From positions 2,944,001 through 3,008,000 of the forward strand of contig NZ_JAQNDL010000003.1 in assembly GCF_028368995.1 (NCBI RefSeq): 64,000 bases of DNA, written 5' to 3'. Below, in pieces: positions 43,600-54,299 of the stretch. Within the stretch, counting starts at the first letter, position 1. Each line of letters opens with the position of its first letter. The translations under genes and the position numbers were made by a program. Below the pieces are notes generated by a model. It did not search any database, had not been told where the DNA came from, and saw nothing but the letters and a program-made list of their open reading frames with translations. The DNA is from Nannocystis bainbridge. GTDB lineage: Bacteria; Myxococcota_A; Polyangia; Nannocystales; Nannocystaceae.

Positions 43600-44612
43600 G
43601 AGCGATCGCCCAGACCCTCCACGGCGGCCCCGAGGTCCTGCAGGTCTTCGTCGACGTCCCCGAGCCCGAGCCGGGCCCGCGCGACCTCGTCGTCCGCGTC
43701 CACGCCACCGCGACCAATCCGGTCGACACCAAGGTCCGGCGCGGCGGTGCGGCGGGCAGCCCCGTCGCCGCGCCGCCGCTCGTGCTCGGCTGGGACGCCA
43801 GCGGCGTCGTCACCGCGACAGGTCCCGAGGTCACCCGGTTTCGCGTCGGCGACGAGGTCTACTTCGCCGGCGACGTCAGCCGCCCCGGTTCGTACGCCGA
43901 GTCCGTCGCGGTCGACGAGCGCATCGTCGCCCATCGCCCCAGGACGCTCTCGCACCTCGACGCCGCCGCGATCCCGCTGACCGCCCTGACCGCCTGGGAG
44001 GCGCTGGTCGAGAACATGGGGGTGATCCCCACCGATCACAGCCCCGAGCACGCGCGCACCTTGTTGGTCGTCGGCGGCGCCGGAGGTGTCGGCTCGATGG
44101 CGATCCAGATCGCGCAGCAGGTGTGCGGCCTCCGCGTGATCGCCACCGCCTCGCGGCCGGAGAGCGCCGCGTGGTGCACCCGGCTCGGCGCCGACGCGGT
44201 GATCGACCACACGAAGCCGCTCCTGGACCAGCTCCGGCAGCACGGCGACGACGGCGTCGACCTCGTGCTCAACACCGTCCAGCCGACCCAGAACCTGGCG
44301 CAGCTGCTCGAGGCCGTGCGGCCGTTCGCCCACGTCTGCGGGATCGTCGCCCCGAACGGCCCGCTCGACCTCGGTCCGCTGTTCCGCAAGCGCGGTCACA
44401 TCTCCTTCGAATACATGTTCACCCGCCCCCTCTTCGCCGCCGACCCGTCGCGCCAGGGGGAGATCCTCGCGCGGGTCGCCGACCTCCTCGACCAGGGGGT
44501 GTTGCTGCCCACGCGCACCACCACCATGCCCTGGGACCAGGTTCAGGCCGCGCACCGCCTGCTCGAGACGGGGCGCTCGGTCGGCAAGACCGTGCTGGAA
44601 GTCGTCCCGTAG
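43596..44612 (+). CDS. Zinc-binding alcohol dehydrogenase/quinone oxidoreductase family protein
   Basis: NPVDTKVR, LGWDASG, GGAGGVGS, IATASRPE motifs; ATGA overlap. Confidence 0.93.
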   Translation: MRAIAQTLHGGPEVLQVFVDVPEPEPGPRDLVVRVHATATNPVDTKVRRGGAAGSPVAAPPLVLGWDASGVVTATGPEVTRFRVGDEVYFAGDVSRPGSYAESVAVDERIVAHRPRTLSHLDAAAIPLTALTAWEALVENMGVIPTDHSPEHARTLLVVGGAGGVGSMAIQIAQQVCGLRVIATASRPESAAWCTRLGADAVIDHTKPLLDQLRQHGDDGVDLVLNTVQPTQNLAQLLEAVRPFAHVCGIVAPNGPLDLGPLFRKRGHISFEYMFTRPLFAADPSRQGEILARVADLLDQGVLLPTRTTTMPWDQVQAAHRLLETGRSVGKTVLEVVP

Positions 44613-44712
44613 CGCCGCGCGAGTGCGCCGCGCGCCGGCGGGCGTGATCTGGGCCAGATCAGAAGCCCACCCCCCGCCGCCGGAACTTCCGGGTATAACC
44701 CCACGCGTCGCC

Positions 44713-45573
44713 ATGCTCAGTCCACGCATGCCCATCCCGACGGTAGAACAGCTCGGTCCGCGCTTCGCCGAGTTTCTCCGCGGACTCAAGCGGCCGCTCA
44801 TCTTCTTCGACACCGAGACCACGGGCACCGACCCGGCGCTCGATCGCGTCGTCGAGATCTCGATGATCCGCATCAGCGCCGAGCGCGGGGTCGAGCCGCC
44901 GCGCACCTGGCGGATCAACCCCGGTGTGCGGATCCCGATCGAGGCCAGCGAGATCCACGGCATCACCAACGAAGACGTCGCCGACAAGCCGACTTTCGGC
45001 CAGATCGCCGACGAGCTGCAGAGCTACCTCCGCGGCTGCGACCTCGCCGGCTTCAACATCGGCCGCTTCGACGTCCGCGTGATGCACACCGAGTTCGCCC
45101 GCGTCGGCAAGGCCTTCGACATGTCGGGCGTGCGCGTCATCGACGCCCAGGTCATCTATCACCAGAAGGAGCCCCGCAACCTCACCGCGGCGATGCGCTT
45201 CTACTGCGAGAAAGAGTTCGTCGACGCCCACGGCGCCGAGGCCGACACGATCGCCACGCTCGAGGTGTTCGCCGGCCAGCTCGAGCGCTACGGCGAGCTC
45301 GGGCTCGAGATCGAGGCGCTGCACGAGGTCTCCAACATCACCAGCGCCGGCTTCGTCGACAGCGCGCGCCGCTTCATCTGGCGCGACAACGAGCCCGTGT
45401 TCAACTTCGGCCGCCTCAAGGGCAAGTCGCTGCGCTGGGCCGCCAGCGAGCCGAACGAGCGCGCCTACATGCGCTCGATCGTCACCGGCAACTTCGACGA
45501 GGACACCAAGGGCATCGTCCGCGACGCCCTGACCGGCCGGATCCGCGTGCGCCCGCGCGAGACCGAGGGCTAG
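44713..45573 (+). CDS. DEDDh 3'-5' exonuclease (DnaQ-like)
   Basis: FFDTETTG, GFNIGRFD, HGAEAD, FNFGRLKG motifs. Confidence 0.92.
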   Translation: MLSPRMPIPTVEQLGPRFAEFLRGLKRPLIFFDTETTGTDPALDRVVEISMIRISAERGVEPPRTWRINPGVRIPIEASEIHGITNEDVADKPTFGQIADELQSYLRGCDLAGFNIGRFDVRVMHTEFARVGKAFDMSGVRVIDAQVIYHQKEPRNLTAAMRFYCEKEFVDAHGAEADTIATLEVFAGQLERYGELGLEIEALHEVSNITSAGFVDSARRFIWRDNEPVFNFGRLKGKSLRWAASEPNERAYMRSIVTGNFDEDTKGIVRDALTGRIRVRPRETEG

Positions 45574-45579
45574 CCGCAA

Positions 45580-45631
45580 GGACATGTTCCGGGGGGCATG
45601 TCGCTTCGGACATGTCCCTCGAAACATCCAC
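45580..45631. repeat. 14-bp-phased palindrome array (4 units)
   Basis: Cores at 45583, 45597, 45611, 45625; fills the convergent gap. Confidence 0.85.
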
Positions 45632-45633
45632 GT

Positions 45634-46644
45634 TCACGGCGTCGGCGGCTTCTCGCCGGGCTTGTCGAGCCCGTTGCCCGGCTTGTCGAGCCCGTTCTTG
45701 TCGAGCAGGCTCTTCTCGAGCCCGTTCTTGTCGCCGTTGAGCGCGAAGAAGCGGAGCGTCGGCGTATCGAGGACCACCGTCGTGCCTGGGGGCACGCTGC
45801 GGGTGAGCCACACGTTGCCGCCGATCGTCGAGCCGCGGCCGATGACCGTATCGCCGCCGAGGATCGTCGCGCCGGCGTAGACCGTCACTTCGTCTTCGAT
45901 CGTCGGGTGGCGCTGGACCTTGCGACCGGCCTCGCGCGACTTGACCGACAGCGCGCCGAGGGTGACGCCCTGATACAGCTTCACGCGGTTGCCGATGACC
46001 GACGTCTCGCCGATCACCACGCCTGTGCCGTGGTCGATGAAGAAGCTGCGGCCGATGGTCGCCCCCGGGTGGATGTCGATGCCCGTGCGGGAGTGCAAGA
46101 TCTCCGCGATCATGCGCGGGAGCAGCGGGACGCGGCGGCGGTACATGTGATGGGCGATCCGGTGGCCTGCGATCGCGGTCACCCCCGGGTAGCTCATGAT
46201 GATCTCGGCGTCGCTGCAGGCGGCCGGGTCGCCGGCGAGCGCGGCCTGGACGTCGGCGGCGAGGGCGGCCCGGATCGAGGGGATCGCCTGCAGCAGGTCG
46301 AGCGCGTGCTCATGGGCGGCCTGACCGATCTCCTCGGCGGGCCGGCGGCCGTGGCTGCAATCGACCGCGAGCGAGCGGGTCACGACCTGCTCGAGGCGGC
46401 GCAGGATCCGGGCGCAGCGGGCTCCCACGAAGTAGCGGACCGTCAGGTCGTCGAGCGGCTCGTAATTGAAGTAGCCCGGGAACACGATCGACAGCACGTC
46501 GTCGAGCAGCTCCGAGACCTCGCTGCGGGCGGGCAGGTTGTTGCCGTCGATGTGGTTGATGTTCCCGTGGTCGCGGTACGACTCGAGGACCCCCTCGACG
46601 ACGCTCGCGAGCCGGCGTTCGTGGTCATTCACGGCGAGAACCAT
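45634..46644 (-). CDS. cysE: Serine O-acetyltransferase (EpsC/CysE type)
   Basis: GDPAA, TGIDIHPGATIG, IDHGTGVVIGET, RHPTIED motifs. Confidence 0.93.
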   Translation of the reverse strand: MVLAVNDHERRLASVVEGVLESYRDHGNINHIDGNNLPARSEVSELLDDVLSIVFPGYFNYEPLDDLTVRYFVGARCARILRRLEQVVTRSLAVDCSHGRRPAEEIGQAAHEHALDLLQAIPSIRAALAADVQAALAGDPAACSDAEIIMSYPGVTAIAGHRIAHHMYRRRVPLLPRMIAEILHSRTGIDIHPGATIGRSFFIDHGTGVVIGETSVIGNRVKLYQGVTLGALSVKSREAGRKVQRHPTIEDEVTVYAGATILGGDTVIGRGSTIGGNVWLTRSVPPGTTVVLDTPTLRFFALNGDKNGLEKSLLDKNGLDKPGNGLDKPGEKPPTP

Positions 46645-46722
46645 AGTCGAACCGGGGGCCGTCTCCACGGGGCATGTGGTTTTTTGGCGTCGCACGCGGA
46701 CCGGGTTTAAGCTGGTGCAGGT

Positions 46723-46968
46723 TTGCCCGCGTTACCGCTCCACATGCTCGTCCAACAGTTGCTCCTCGGTCGCACGGAGGGGCTGAGCGGGCCGCAGCTC
46801 GCGGCCTTCTTGTCCGGTTGGACGAGTGTCCTCGAGTTGTTGCGACGCCCTGAGCTTTGCGTGCCCGACGCCGCGCCGGAGGTGCAGGACGCGTTGCGTT
46901 CGCTCGCCGAGCAGATCGAGCACGCGCAGGCGGAGATCTTGAACGACGACGACGACGCCGACCTCTGA
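46723..46968 (+). CDS. Small hypothetical protein
   Basis: Helical ORF with acidic tail; start uncertain. Confidence 0.55.
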   Translation: MPALPLHMLVQQLLLGRTEGLSGPQLAAFLSGWTSVLELLRRPELCVPDAAPEVQDALRSLAEQIEHAQAEILNDDDDADL

Positions 46969-47538
46969 ACTCGCGTGCGAGCTGGTGAATCCGCCAGCGC
47001 GTGTCTGCGCAGTGGTTCGGGGGGTTCGGGTGGCGGGATGCGCGATTCGGCCCCCTGCAACGGCGGCTTGAGGGGCATCAAGAGCGAGCCGGACTGTTGT
47101 TCGAGGTCACTGGTTTTGCAGTGAAGTAAAACTTCTTTTCCTTCACCAAGCTGATCCGCGCATGCGCGTCCACGCGCAGTGCAGCGCTCCGCACAAACCT
47201 GGCAAACATCGCGCATACCGAGCCTGTTCTCGCCCATTCCGACGAATGTGCCGCTCTCGCTGGCGGCACGCCAGGCTGGGCAGGATCGCGGGTCGCGATC
47301 TGCCTCTTGGGGTCCGGAAAAAACTTGGCGAGATCCCCCTGAGATCTCAAGCTGCGCTTTTCGGGCCTCTTGACGGCCCTCTGACTGCCGATCGCGCCAC
47401 CCTCCGATCGTGCGCGGGACGCGGTATTCGGGCGTTCGGCGCCGAACAGCTCGCTGTTTAAAAGCAAACAGCGCGTGACCCGGGGGTCACGCGCTGGCAG
47501 GGGGCTCCGGAGGTGAGGAGGCTCCGAGGCCCGGGAGT

Positions 47539-47757
47539 TCAGCCGGCCGAAGCGCTCAGCGAGGCGGAATCGCTCGCCACGGTGTTGTTCGGGCGGGGCC
47601 ACTCGATGCGGTGCTTGATAATGCGACGCTTGAGGGCGTGGCGAGTGATTCCAAGCAGTTGAGCGGCTTCGACGATGCTGCCGGCGGCGTTGAGCGCTTC
47701 CACGCACAGCATACGTTCGGCGGCATTCAGGTTCAGATCTTCGAGGATGAGGCGCAT
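47539..47757 (-). CDS. Stand-alone Fis-type helix-turn-helix protein
   Basis: LNAAERMLCVEALNAAGSIVEAAQLLGITRHALKRRI HTH_8 pattern. Confidence 0.85.
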   Translation of the reverse strand: MRLILEDLNLNAAERMLCVEALNAAGSIVEAAQLLGITRHALKRRIIKHRIEWPRPNNTVASDSASLSASAG

Positions 47758-48132
47758 GGCGGCAGGATAGGCCAAGGCATGGGGACAGGGAAGGACGTTT
47801 TTGTAAGCCCGCATCCCAAAAGAACAGTCGCAGAATCTAAACACCGTTTTGTATTATGCAGAAGATTACAGCGTTTGCGCGCGTTCACGCCCTCGCTGGC
47901 CCGCTTCGCTGCCCACCTCGTGGGGCGCTTCACAGCCGAAATCGCCGGGCCGCGTTACACTCCTCGGCCTGGCCGGGCGGCCGTAAAAAGCTCAAAACCG
48001 ATCCAGTTTGCCGGATTCGAGCCGCGAGAACATGGTGGATTCACCATGGCCCGAGCGCACAGGGCCCGAGGCCGGTCCTAGGTTGCATAAAAGCCCTGTC
48101 GCAAGGGCGCGCAGAGTAAGATAGGGAGCCGC

Positions 48133-49941
48133 GTGCCGCAGAACGCCCGATCGAAGTCGTCCGCCGTGATCCACACCCTCATCGTGGTCGACGACATGCT
48201 CTTGCAGGCGGCGATCGAGCGTCGTCTCAAGCACGAGGGCCACATCGCCGCGTCGGCCAACGGCTCGCGCGAGGCGATAGAGCGTCTGCGCCGCGAGCTG
48301 TTCGACGTCGTGCTGTGCGACCTGCACACGACCTCGGGCGACGGCGCCGAGCTGCTGCAGTGGCTCGGCAGCTACTTCCCGTCGGTCCCGGTCGTGCTGA
48401 TCGTCGAGGCTCTGAGCCCCGAGTTCCGCGGCCAGTACGAGGGCGGCGGCTCGGTGCGGATCGTCGAGAAGCCGATCGACCTCGACAAGCTCGTCAACGC
48501 GATCGAGGCGTGCGGCGTCCGCAAGGGCTTCTACGGCAACCAGATCGAGGTCGAGTTCTTCGACTACGTGCAGATGGTCGCCGGCTCGGGCCGCGACAAG
48601 GCGGTGGTGCTGACGACGCACGCGGGCACCGGCTACCTGTGGATCGAGCACGGCGACATCGTGCACGCGCAGTGGGGCGAGATCCGCGGCGAGCAGGCGT
48701 TCTACAAGATGCTGTCGGTCGGTCGCGGCAGCTTCCGCGAGAACCTGTTCCGCTCGCCGCCGGTCCGCACGATCGTCCGCTCGAGCATGCACTTGCTGAT
48801 GGAGGCCGCGCGCCAGGCCGACGAGGGCATCCTCGGTCAGTCCGACGAGACGGTCGAGGAGCGCGAGGACGAGAAGCCGCGCGCCGCTCCGCCGCCGCCT
48901 GAGCCCGAGCTGACGCCGCCGCCGCGACCGGTGGCCGAGGTGCGGACTTCGACGCGAGCGCCGATGCCGAAGCCGGCGACGTCGCCGCCGCGCTCGGCCC
49001 CGCCGTCGCCGCCCTCCTCGCCGTCGTACGGCGGCAGCGGCCTGCGCCGCGCCTCCGACATCCGCCCTGACGACATCGACATGGCGAGCGTGGCCGACTC
49101 GGCGATCGCCCGCATCGACGACCTCGCGCTGCCGCAGGACGACGACGAGATCGAGGCGCGCAGCCATCGCCCGCCGCCCCGCGCGCCCGAGCGGTCGTCG
49201 TCGGAGCGCTCGGGCGAACGCTCACCGTCGGAGCGCTCGGGTGAGCGCTCGCCGTCGGAGCGCTCGGGCGAACGCTCGCCCGAGCCGTCGAACGACGGCG
49301 TGCCGGTGCTGCGCCGCCGCGTGCAGACGCTCGAGCGCCGCGTCGCTCAACCCGCGACGCCGACCCCCTCTCGCGGCACGCCGACCTCGGTGCCGGCCCT
49401 GCGCGCCACCCCGGCCTCGATCCCCGTGCGCGCCACCCCGGCCTCGATCCCCGCCGTGCCCGCGCGCGCCACCCCGACGTCGATCCCCGCCGTCCGCACG
49501 ACCACGATCCCGCCCGGCCAGAGCTCCGCGCCCGCCCGCAACGCCCCGCCGCCCCGCGCCGACGCCAGGCCGATCAAGAAGGCCAACACCGTCGACCTTC
49601 TCGAAGACCCGGAGACGCGCGAGCTGATGCTCGGCCAGTTCTGGCAGTTCGAGGGCGTCAACGGCGTGGCGATCATCTCGAGCACCGGCAAGGTGATCGC
49701 CGAGGACATGCGCAACAACAGCACCGTCGTCACGCTCGCCGGCTTCTACATGCGTGGCGCCGCGCGGATCGCCCGCACCCTCGGCTATCACGTGTTCGAC
49801 GGCGTGATCGCCCGCTCGGCCAGCGGTCAACAGATGATCATGGTCGGCATGGGGGCCACCTCCGCCGTGCTGTCCATCGCGCCGGGGCATGACCCGGAGG
49901 CCATCCGCGACGCGATTATGGGAGTCGATACCAAACGATGA
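48133..49941 (+). CDS. Receiver + DUF4388-like + Pro-rich linker + Roadblock-like protein
   Basis: VVLCDL...EKPID receiver; FDYVQM...GYLWIEHGDIVHA...GEQAFY segment; C-terminal EGVNGVAIISSTGKVI. Confidence 0.85.
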   Translation: MPQNARSKSSAVIHTLIVVDDMLLQAAIERRLKHEGHIAASANGSREAIERLRRELFDVVLCDLHTTSGDGAELLQWLGSYFPSVPVVLIVEALSPEFRGQYEGGGSVRIVEKPIDLDKLVNAIEACGVRKGFYGNQIEVEFFDYVQMVAGSGRDKAVVLTTHAGTGYLWIEHGDIVHAQWGEIRGEQAFYKMLSVGRGSFRENLFRSPPVRTIVRSSMHLLMEAARQADEGILGQSDETVEEREDEKPRAAPPPPEPELTPPPRPVAEVRTSTRAPMPKPATSPPRSAPPSPPSSPSYGGSGLRRASDIRPDDIDMASVADSAIARIDDLALPQDDDEIEARSHRPPPRAPERSSSERSGERSPSERSGERSPSERSGERSPEPSNDGVPVLRRRVQTLERRVAQPATPTPSRGTPTSVPALRATPASIPVRATPASIPAVPARATPTSIPAVRTTTIPPGQSSAPARNAPPPRADARPIKKANTVDLLEDPETRELMLGQFWQFEGVNGVAIISSTGKVIAEDMRNNSTVVTLAGFYMRGAARIARTLGYHVFDGVIARSASGQQMIMVGMGATSAVLSIAPGHDPEAIRDAIMGVDTKR

Positions 49942-50645
49942 CCGCCGAGCCGAATCGCCAGCTAGTCAGCCTCCTCGAGGAACTCGACCGGCTCCCCGGC
50001 GTCCGCGGCTCGCTGGTGGCGACCGTCGACGGCGGCTACACCGCCAGCGAGAGCAACTTCGACGCCGCCACCGCGACCGACATCGCCAAGACGGTCCGGC
50101 GCATGGTCGTCGCCTCGGCCACCGTCGGCTCGCCCATCGAGGAGCTGCTGATCACCTTCCACACCGCCCGCATGATGATCGTCCCCGTCCGCGAGGAGGC
50201 GACCCTCACCATCATGCTCGAGCGCGACTCGGCCCAGCCCTCGGTGCGATCGGTCCTGAAGACCAGGCTCACCGGCCTGCGCTCGTCGATCGGCAGCTCG
50301 TCGTCCGAGAGCAGCATGTCGGCCGGCTCGGCGCCGATGCCCGAGCCCGAGGACGAGGTCGACCGCCTGATGCTCGGCGAGCTCGGCCCGGTCCTCCGCG
50401 AGGTCCAGAACGTGTTCACCTCGTACCTCATCCGCGCCGGCAAGACCGCCGGCGAGGCCGGGGTGATGATGCGCGAGCAGATCCGCGAGTGGCTGCTGAT
50501 GGTCAACCCGTCGCCCTACACGTTCCCCGTGCTGGTCGACGCGCTGGTCCAGCTGACGAACCGCGACGAGCGCGAGAACTTCAAGGTCGACGTGCAGCAG
50601 GCGATGCGAAACTCGCGGCTGTGGCCGAAGAAGAGCGTCCGCTGA
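49938..50645 (+). CDS. Roadblock/LC7 (MglB-like) domain protein with C-terminal extension
   Basis: LPGVRGSLVATVDGG motif; ATGA overlap with the upstream gene. Confidence 0.85.
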   Translation: MTAEPNRQLVSLLEELDRLPGVRGSLVATVDGGYTASESNFDAATATDIAKTVRRMVVASATVGSPIEELLITFHTARMMIVPVREEATLTIMLERDSAQPSVRSVLKTRLTGLRSSIGSSSSESSMSAGSAPMPEPEDEVDRLMLGELGPVLREVQNVFTSYLIRAGKTAGEAGVMMREQIREWLLMVNPSPYTFPVLVDALVQLTNRDERENFKVDVQQAMRNSRLWPKKSVR

Positions 50646-50726
50646 GCCGCGACGCGCCGGTCGGGCCGGGCAGCGTGCTCGGCCAGCCCCTCACGCTGCC
50701 CTGAAGCCGCGAGCCGTCTGCTTCAA

Positions 50727-50792
50727 AGACATGCCCTCCAGGACATGTCCTTTCAAGCATTGCCTTCAGGACATGTCCCAAAGGGCATGTCC
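50727..50792. repeat. 14-bp-phased palindrome array (5 units)
   Basis: agacatgccc tcca ggacatgtcc tttc aagcattgcc ttca ggacatgtcc caaa gggcatgtcc. Confidence 0.9.
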
Positions 50793-50811
50793 AGAAAATC
50801 CTTAAAAAGAT

Positions 50812-51654
<843 letters not shown>

Positions 51655-51759
51655 GCCTCGGGGCATCGCACAGCCCGGTACCGGGGCGCAAGGCGCCCTC
51701 GGCCCTCCCGTGGCGCCCGCCCGCCCGGCGGCCGTGGTACCCTCGACGCCGAGGTGTCC

Positions 51760-52215
51760 ATGCCGTCCTGCCTCCGCCGCGTCCCTCTCGCGCTCGTTCT
51801 GTCCCTCGCGCTCGCGCCGCTCGCCCACGCCGGCGAGCCGCAGACCGTGTCCCCTGCCGAAGAAGAGGCGCTCTACAAGAACGAGCGCGCCACCGCGTTG
51901 CCGGCCAAGGAGAAGCCGGCCGGCGTCAAGTTCGCCCGCGAGGGTTGCTTCAACGACCCCGCGAAGTGCAAGTGCCAGAACAACGACGCCACGCAGAGCC
52001 AGTTCTGCGGCACGATGCTCGGCCACTTCTGCCCCGACAGCACGCTGCGCTACCTCGCCGCCGCCTGCATGGACCTGTTCGGCGGCGCGACGCTGTGTCA
52101 GTGCGCGGCCAAGCAGCAGATCGAGGGCTACATCAAGGCCGAGGACGCCGCCAAGGCCAAGGCCGACAAAGAGGCCGCCAAGAAGGCCGCCAAGCAGAAG
52201 AAGAAGGCGAAGTAG
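51760..52215 (+). CDS. Secreted Cys-rich hypothetical protein with Lys/Ala tail
   Basis: Signal peptide ending AHA; 8 Cys in the mature part; GAGG RBS. Confidence 0.75.
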   Translation: MPSCLRRVPLALVLSLALAPLAHAGEPQTVSPAEEEALYKNERATALPAKEKPAGVKFAREGCFNDPAKCKCQNNDATQSQFCGTMLGHFCPDSTLRYLAAACMDLFGGATLCQCAAKQQIEGYIKAEDAAKAKADKEAAKKAAKQKKKAK

Positions 52216-52223
52216 CTCTCTCG

Positions 52224-52280
52224 GGACAGGCCTTGCGAGCGCACGAGCCTGTCCTTCGGGACAGGCATGACCACCTGTCC
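52224..52280. repeat. Variant palindrome cluster (ggacagg/cctgtcc)
   Basis: cctgtcc ttcg ggacagg pair at 52248/52262; convergent junction. Confidence 0.6.
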
Positions 52281-52294
52281 CGAGAGCCACCTGC

Positions 52295-53509
52295 TCAGCG
52301 GTCGAACAGCGCCATCAGCTCCGCGTGGCGGCTGGCGGCGTCCTGATAGCCGAGCTCGATGAGCTGGCGGCAGTAGTCCGGGTCGAACAGCAGGTACGAC
52401 GCCAGGTCGCTCTCCTGGCGGGCGTCGTCGGCGGCCACCGCCCAGCGGATGAGCCGCGCGACGATCCCCGAGTAGCGACTGAGACCGGTGCGGCGCACCG
52501 TGTCGAACGCGATCCGGCCGATGTCCTGGCTCGGGCGGATGAGCAGCGTGTCGACCGACTCGTACGCGGTGGTCTTGTCCTTCTGCATCCCGTTGGCCAG
52601 CCGCTGGGCGAAGTCGGGCCCGAACTCGCGCGCGCCGGCGGCCAGGATCTGGTTCATGCGCTCCACCCGTTCGATGTCGGCCTCGACCTTCTCGAGCAGC
52701 AGCACGTTGAGCACCTTGCCGAGCATGAACATCGCGCTCGGGAAGGTGCCCTCGGCCTCGTGACGGATCTGCCGCACCTCCTCGTCGCCGGGCGTGTGAC
52801 GCAGGCTGATCACCAGCAGCCGCGTCGCGCCGAGGCGCATCGCCGGGCGCAGCGGCGTCTGCTGGCGCAGGCCGCCGTCGGCGTAGAGCTGGTCGCCGAC
52901 CCGCACCGCCGGGAACAGCACCGGGATCGCCCCCGACGCCAGCGCGTGCGAGGCGGTGATCGGCGTCAACACCACGTTCTGCCGCTGACTCTCGGGCCAG
53001 CGCTGCGGCAGCTTGCCGTCGGCGGTCTGCACGAAGGTGGTGACCGTCCCGGTCGCGACCTCGGTGGCGGTGCAGGCGACCGCGGAGAGGTGACCGTGAT
53101 GCAGGTTCTCGGTGATGCCGCGCCACGGCAGGCGCGCGCGCACGAAGTTCTGGATCGCGCGCGGGTCGATGAGGCCGCCGATCTGCTGGCCGTGCCCCGC
53201 CTTGTCGCCGGTGCGGCCGAACAGCACCTGCGGCAGGCTGCGCATCTGCGTCCAGCCGAACCGGCACACCTCGTCGAGATCGAGCTCGGTCCACACGCGC
53301 GCGAGCAGGCGCCCCTGCGCGCGAGGGCGGTCGGCGGTGGCCGCGACGTAGGCGCCGTTGATCGCGCCGATGCTGCTGCCAGTGATGATGTCGAAGCGAC
53401 ACTCGCCGCGGATCCGCTCGCGGATGTATCGCAGGACCCCGACCTCGTAGGCGCCGCGGGCCCCGCCGCCCGACAGCACGAGCCCGACGCGCGGGCGCTC
53501 GCCGCTCAT
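52295..53509 (-). CDS. Patatin-like phospholipase
   Basis: LSGGGARGAY, GSSIG, ADGG motifs. Confidence 0.93.
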   Translation of the reverse strand: MSGERPRVGLVLSGGGARGAYEVGVLRYIRERIRGECRFDIITGSSIGAINGAYVAATADRPRAQGRLLARVWTELDLDEVCRFGWTQMRSLPQVLFGRTGDKAGHGQQIGGLIDPRAIQNFVRARLPWRGITENLHHGHLSAVACTATEVATGTVTTFVQTADGKLPQRWPESQRQNVVLTPITASHALASGAIPVLFPAVRVGDQLYADGGLRQQTPLRPAMRLGATRLLVISLRHTPGDEEVRQIRHEAEGTFPSAMFMLGKVLNVLLLEKVEADIERVERMNQILAAGAREFGPDFAQRLANGMQKDKTTAYESVDTLLIRPSQDIGRIAFDTVRRTGLSRYSGIVARLIRWAVAADDARQESDLASYLLFDPDYCRQLIELGYQDAASRHAELMALFDR

Positions 53510-53570
53510 GCCGACGCTCCGCGCGAGCGGCCACGAGCGAGCGACGCGGCCCGGTCGTCCGAGCGCCGCA

Positions 53571-54299
53571 CTAGAAGCCGATGTCCTTGCACGTGCACTT
53601 CGACGCGTCCTTGCAGTCGGGCGGGGCCGGTTGGTTGCTCGGGTTCATCGACAGCTGGAACACGCGGCCCGCGTCCTGCGGATACTTGTAGATCGTCTGC
53701 CACACCGTCTCGCCGTTGTCGGTGCCGGCGATCAGCTTGGCGTCCTCGTTGGTGAGGAACGGCAGCTCGAGCGTGGCCGTGCCAGTGATCGGGCCGGTGT
53801 TCGCGGTCGACAGCGGGCCGGCCGAGGCCTCGATCGTGATGAACTCGCAGTTGGCCTTGGGGAACTTGCCGAGCGCCTGGGCCGGGCAGTTCGCGCCCAC
53901 CGCGTCGGGCAGGTACACCACCAGCGCCGCCTCGCACGACGTGCCGCTGCACCTGTACTGACTCTTGAACTTGTGCCCCTTCGAAGACACGCACGGGTCG
54001 ACGCACATCTCGATCTTCACCGGGATCTTGTCGCCGGGCTTGACGTTCGTCGCCGCGCACACCGTGCCGCGGAAGAACGGCAGCGTGGCGGTGAAGGTGG
54101 CCGGCGCGGGATTGGCCCCGGTGCCCTCGACGTCCAGCTCCTGCAGCTCGCACGTCTTGGTCGTGTCGTCGCACGCCTCGCCGCGGCGAGCACAGGGCGC
54201 GCCCGCGCTGCACTCGCCGCCGTCCTCGGCGAAGCAGCCGAACATGAACCCCGCGATCGCGAAGGTCGTGACACCGAACACTCTTCGTAAGCGAATCAT
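53571..54299 (-). CDS. Cys-rich hypothetical lipoprotein
   Basis: FMFGC lipobox, multiple Cys. Confidence 0.8.
   Translation of the reverse strand: MIRLRRVFGVTTFAIAGFMFGCFAEDGGECSAGAPCARRGEACDDTTKTCELQELDVEGTGANPAPATFTATLPFFRGTVCAATNVKPGDKIPVKIEMCVDPCVSSKGHKFKSQYRCSGTSCEAALVVYLPDAVGANCPAQALGKFPKANCEFITIEASAGPLSTANTGPITGTATLELPFLTNEDAKLIAGTDNGETVWQTIYKYPQDAGRVFQLSMNPSNQPAPPDCKDASKCTCKDIGF

Noticed and set aside
45650-45735. Short repeats at the cysE 3' end (LDKNG/LDKPG)
   Set aside because: A low-complexity tail extension with no evidence of function.
47200-47216. Sigma-54 promoter-like TGGCAAACATCGCGCA
   Set aside because: GG-N10-GC spacing is present, but the -12 TTGC is missing and no clear downstream gene exists.
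50727-50792. Match of the palindrome to the eukaryotic p53 half-site RRRCWWGYYY
   Set aside because: The consensus match is real, but no p53-like gene is visible and the fixed 4-bp spacer is not the canonical p53 arrangement. Treated as coincidence.
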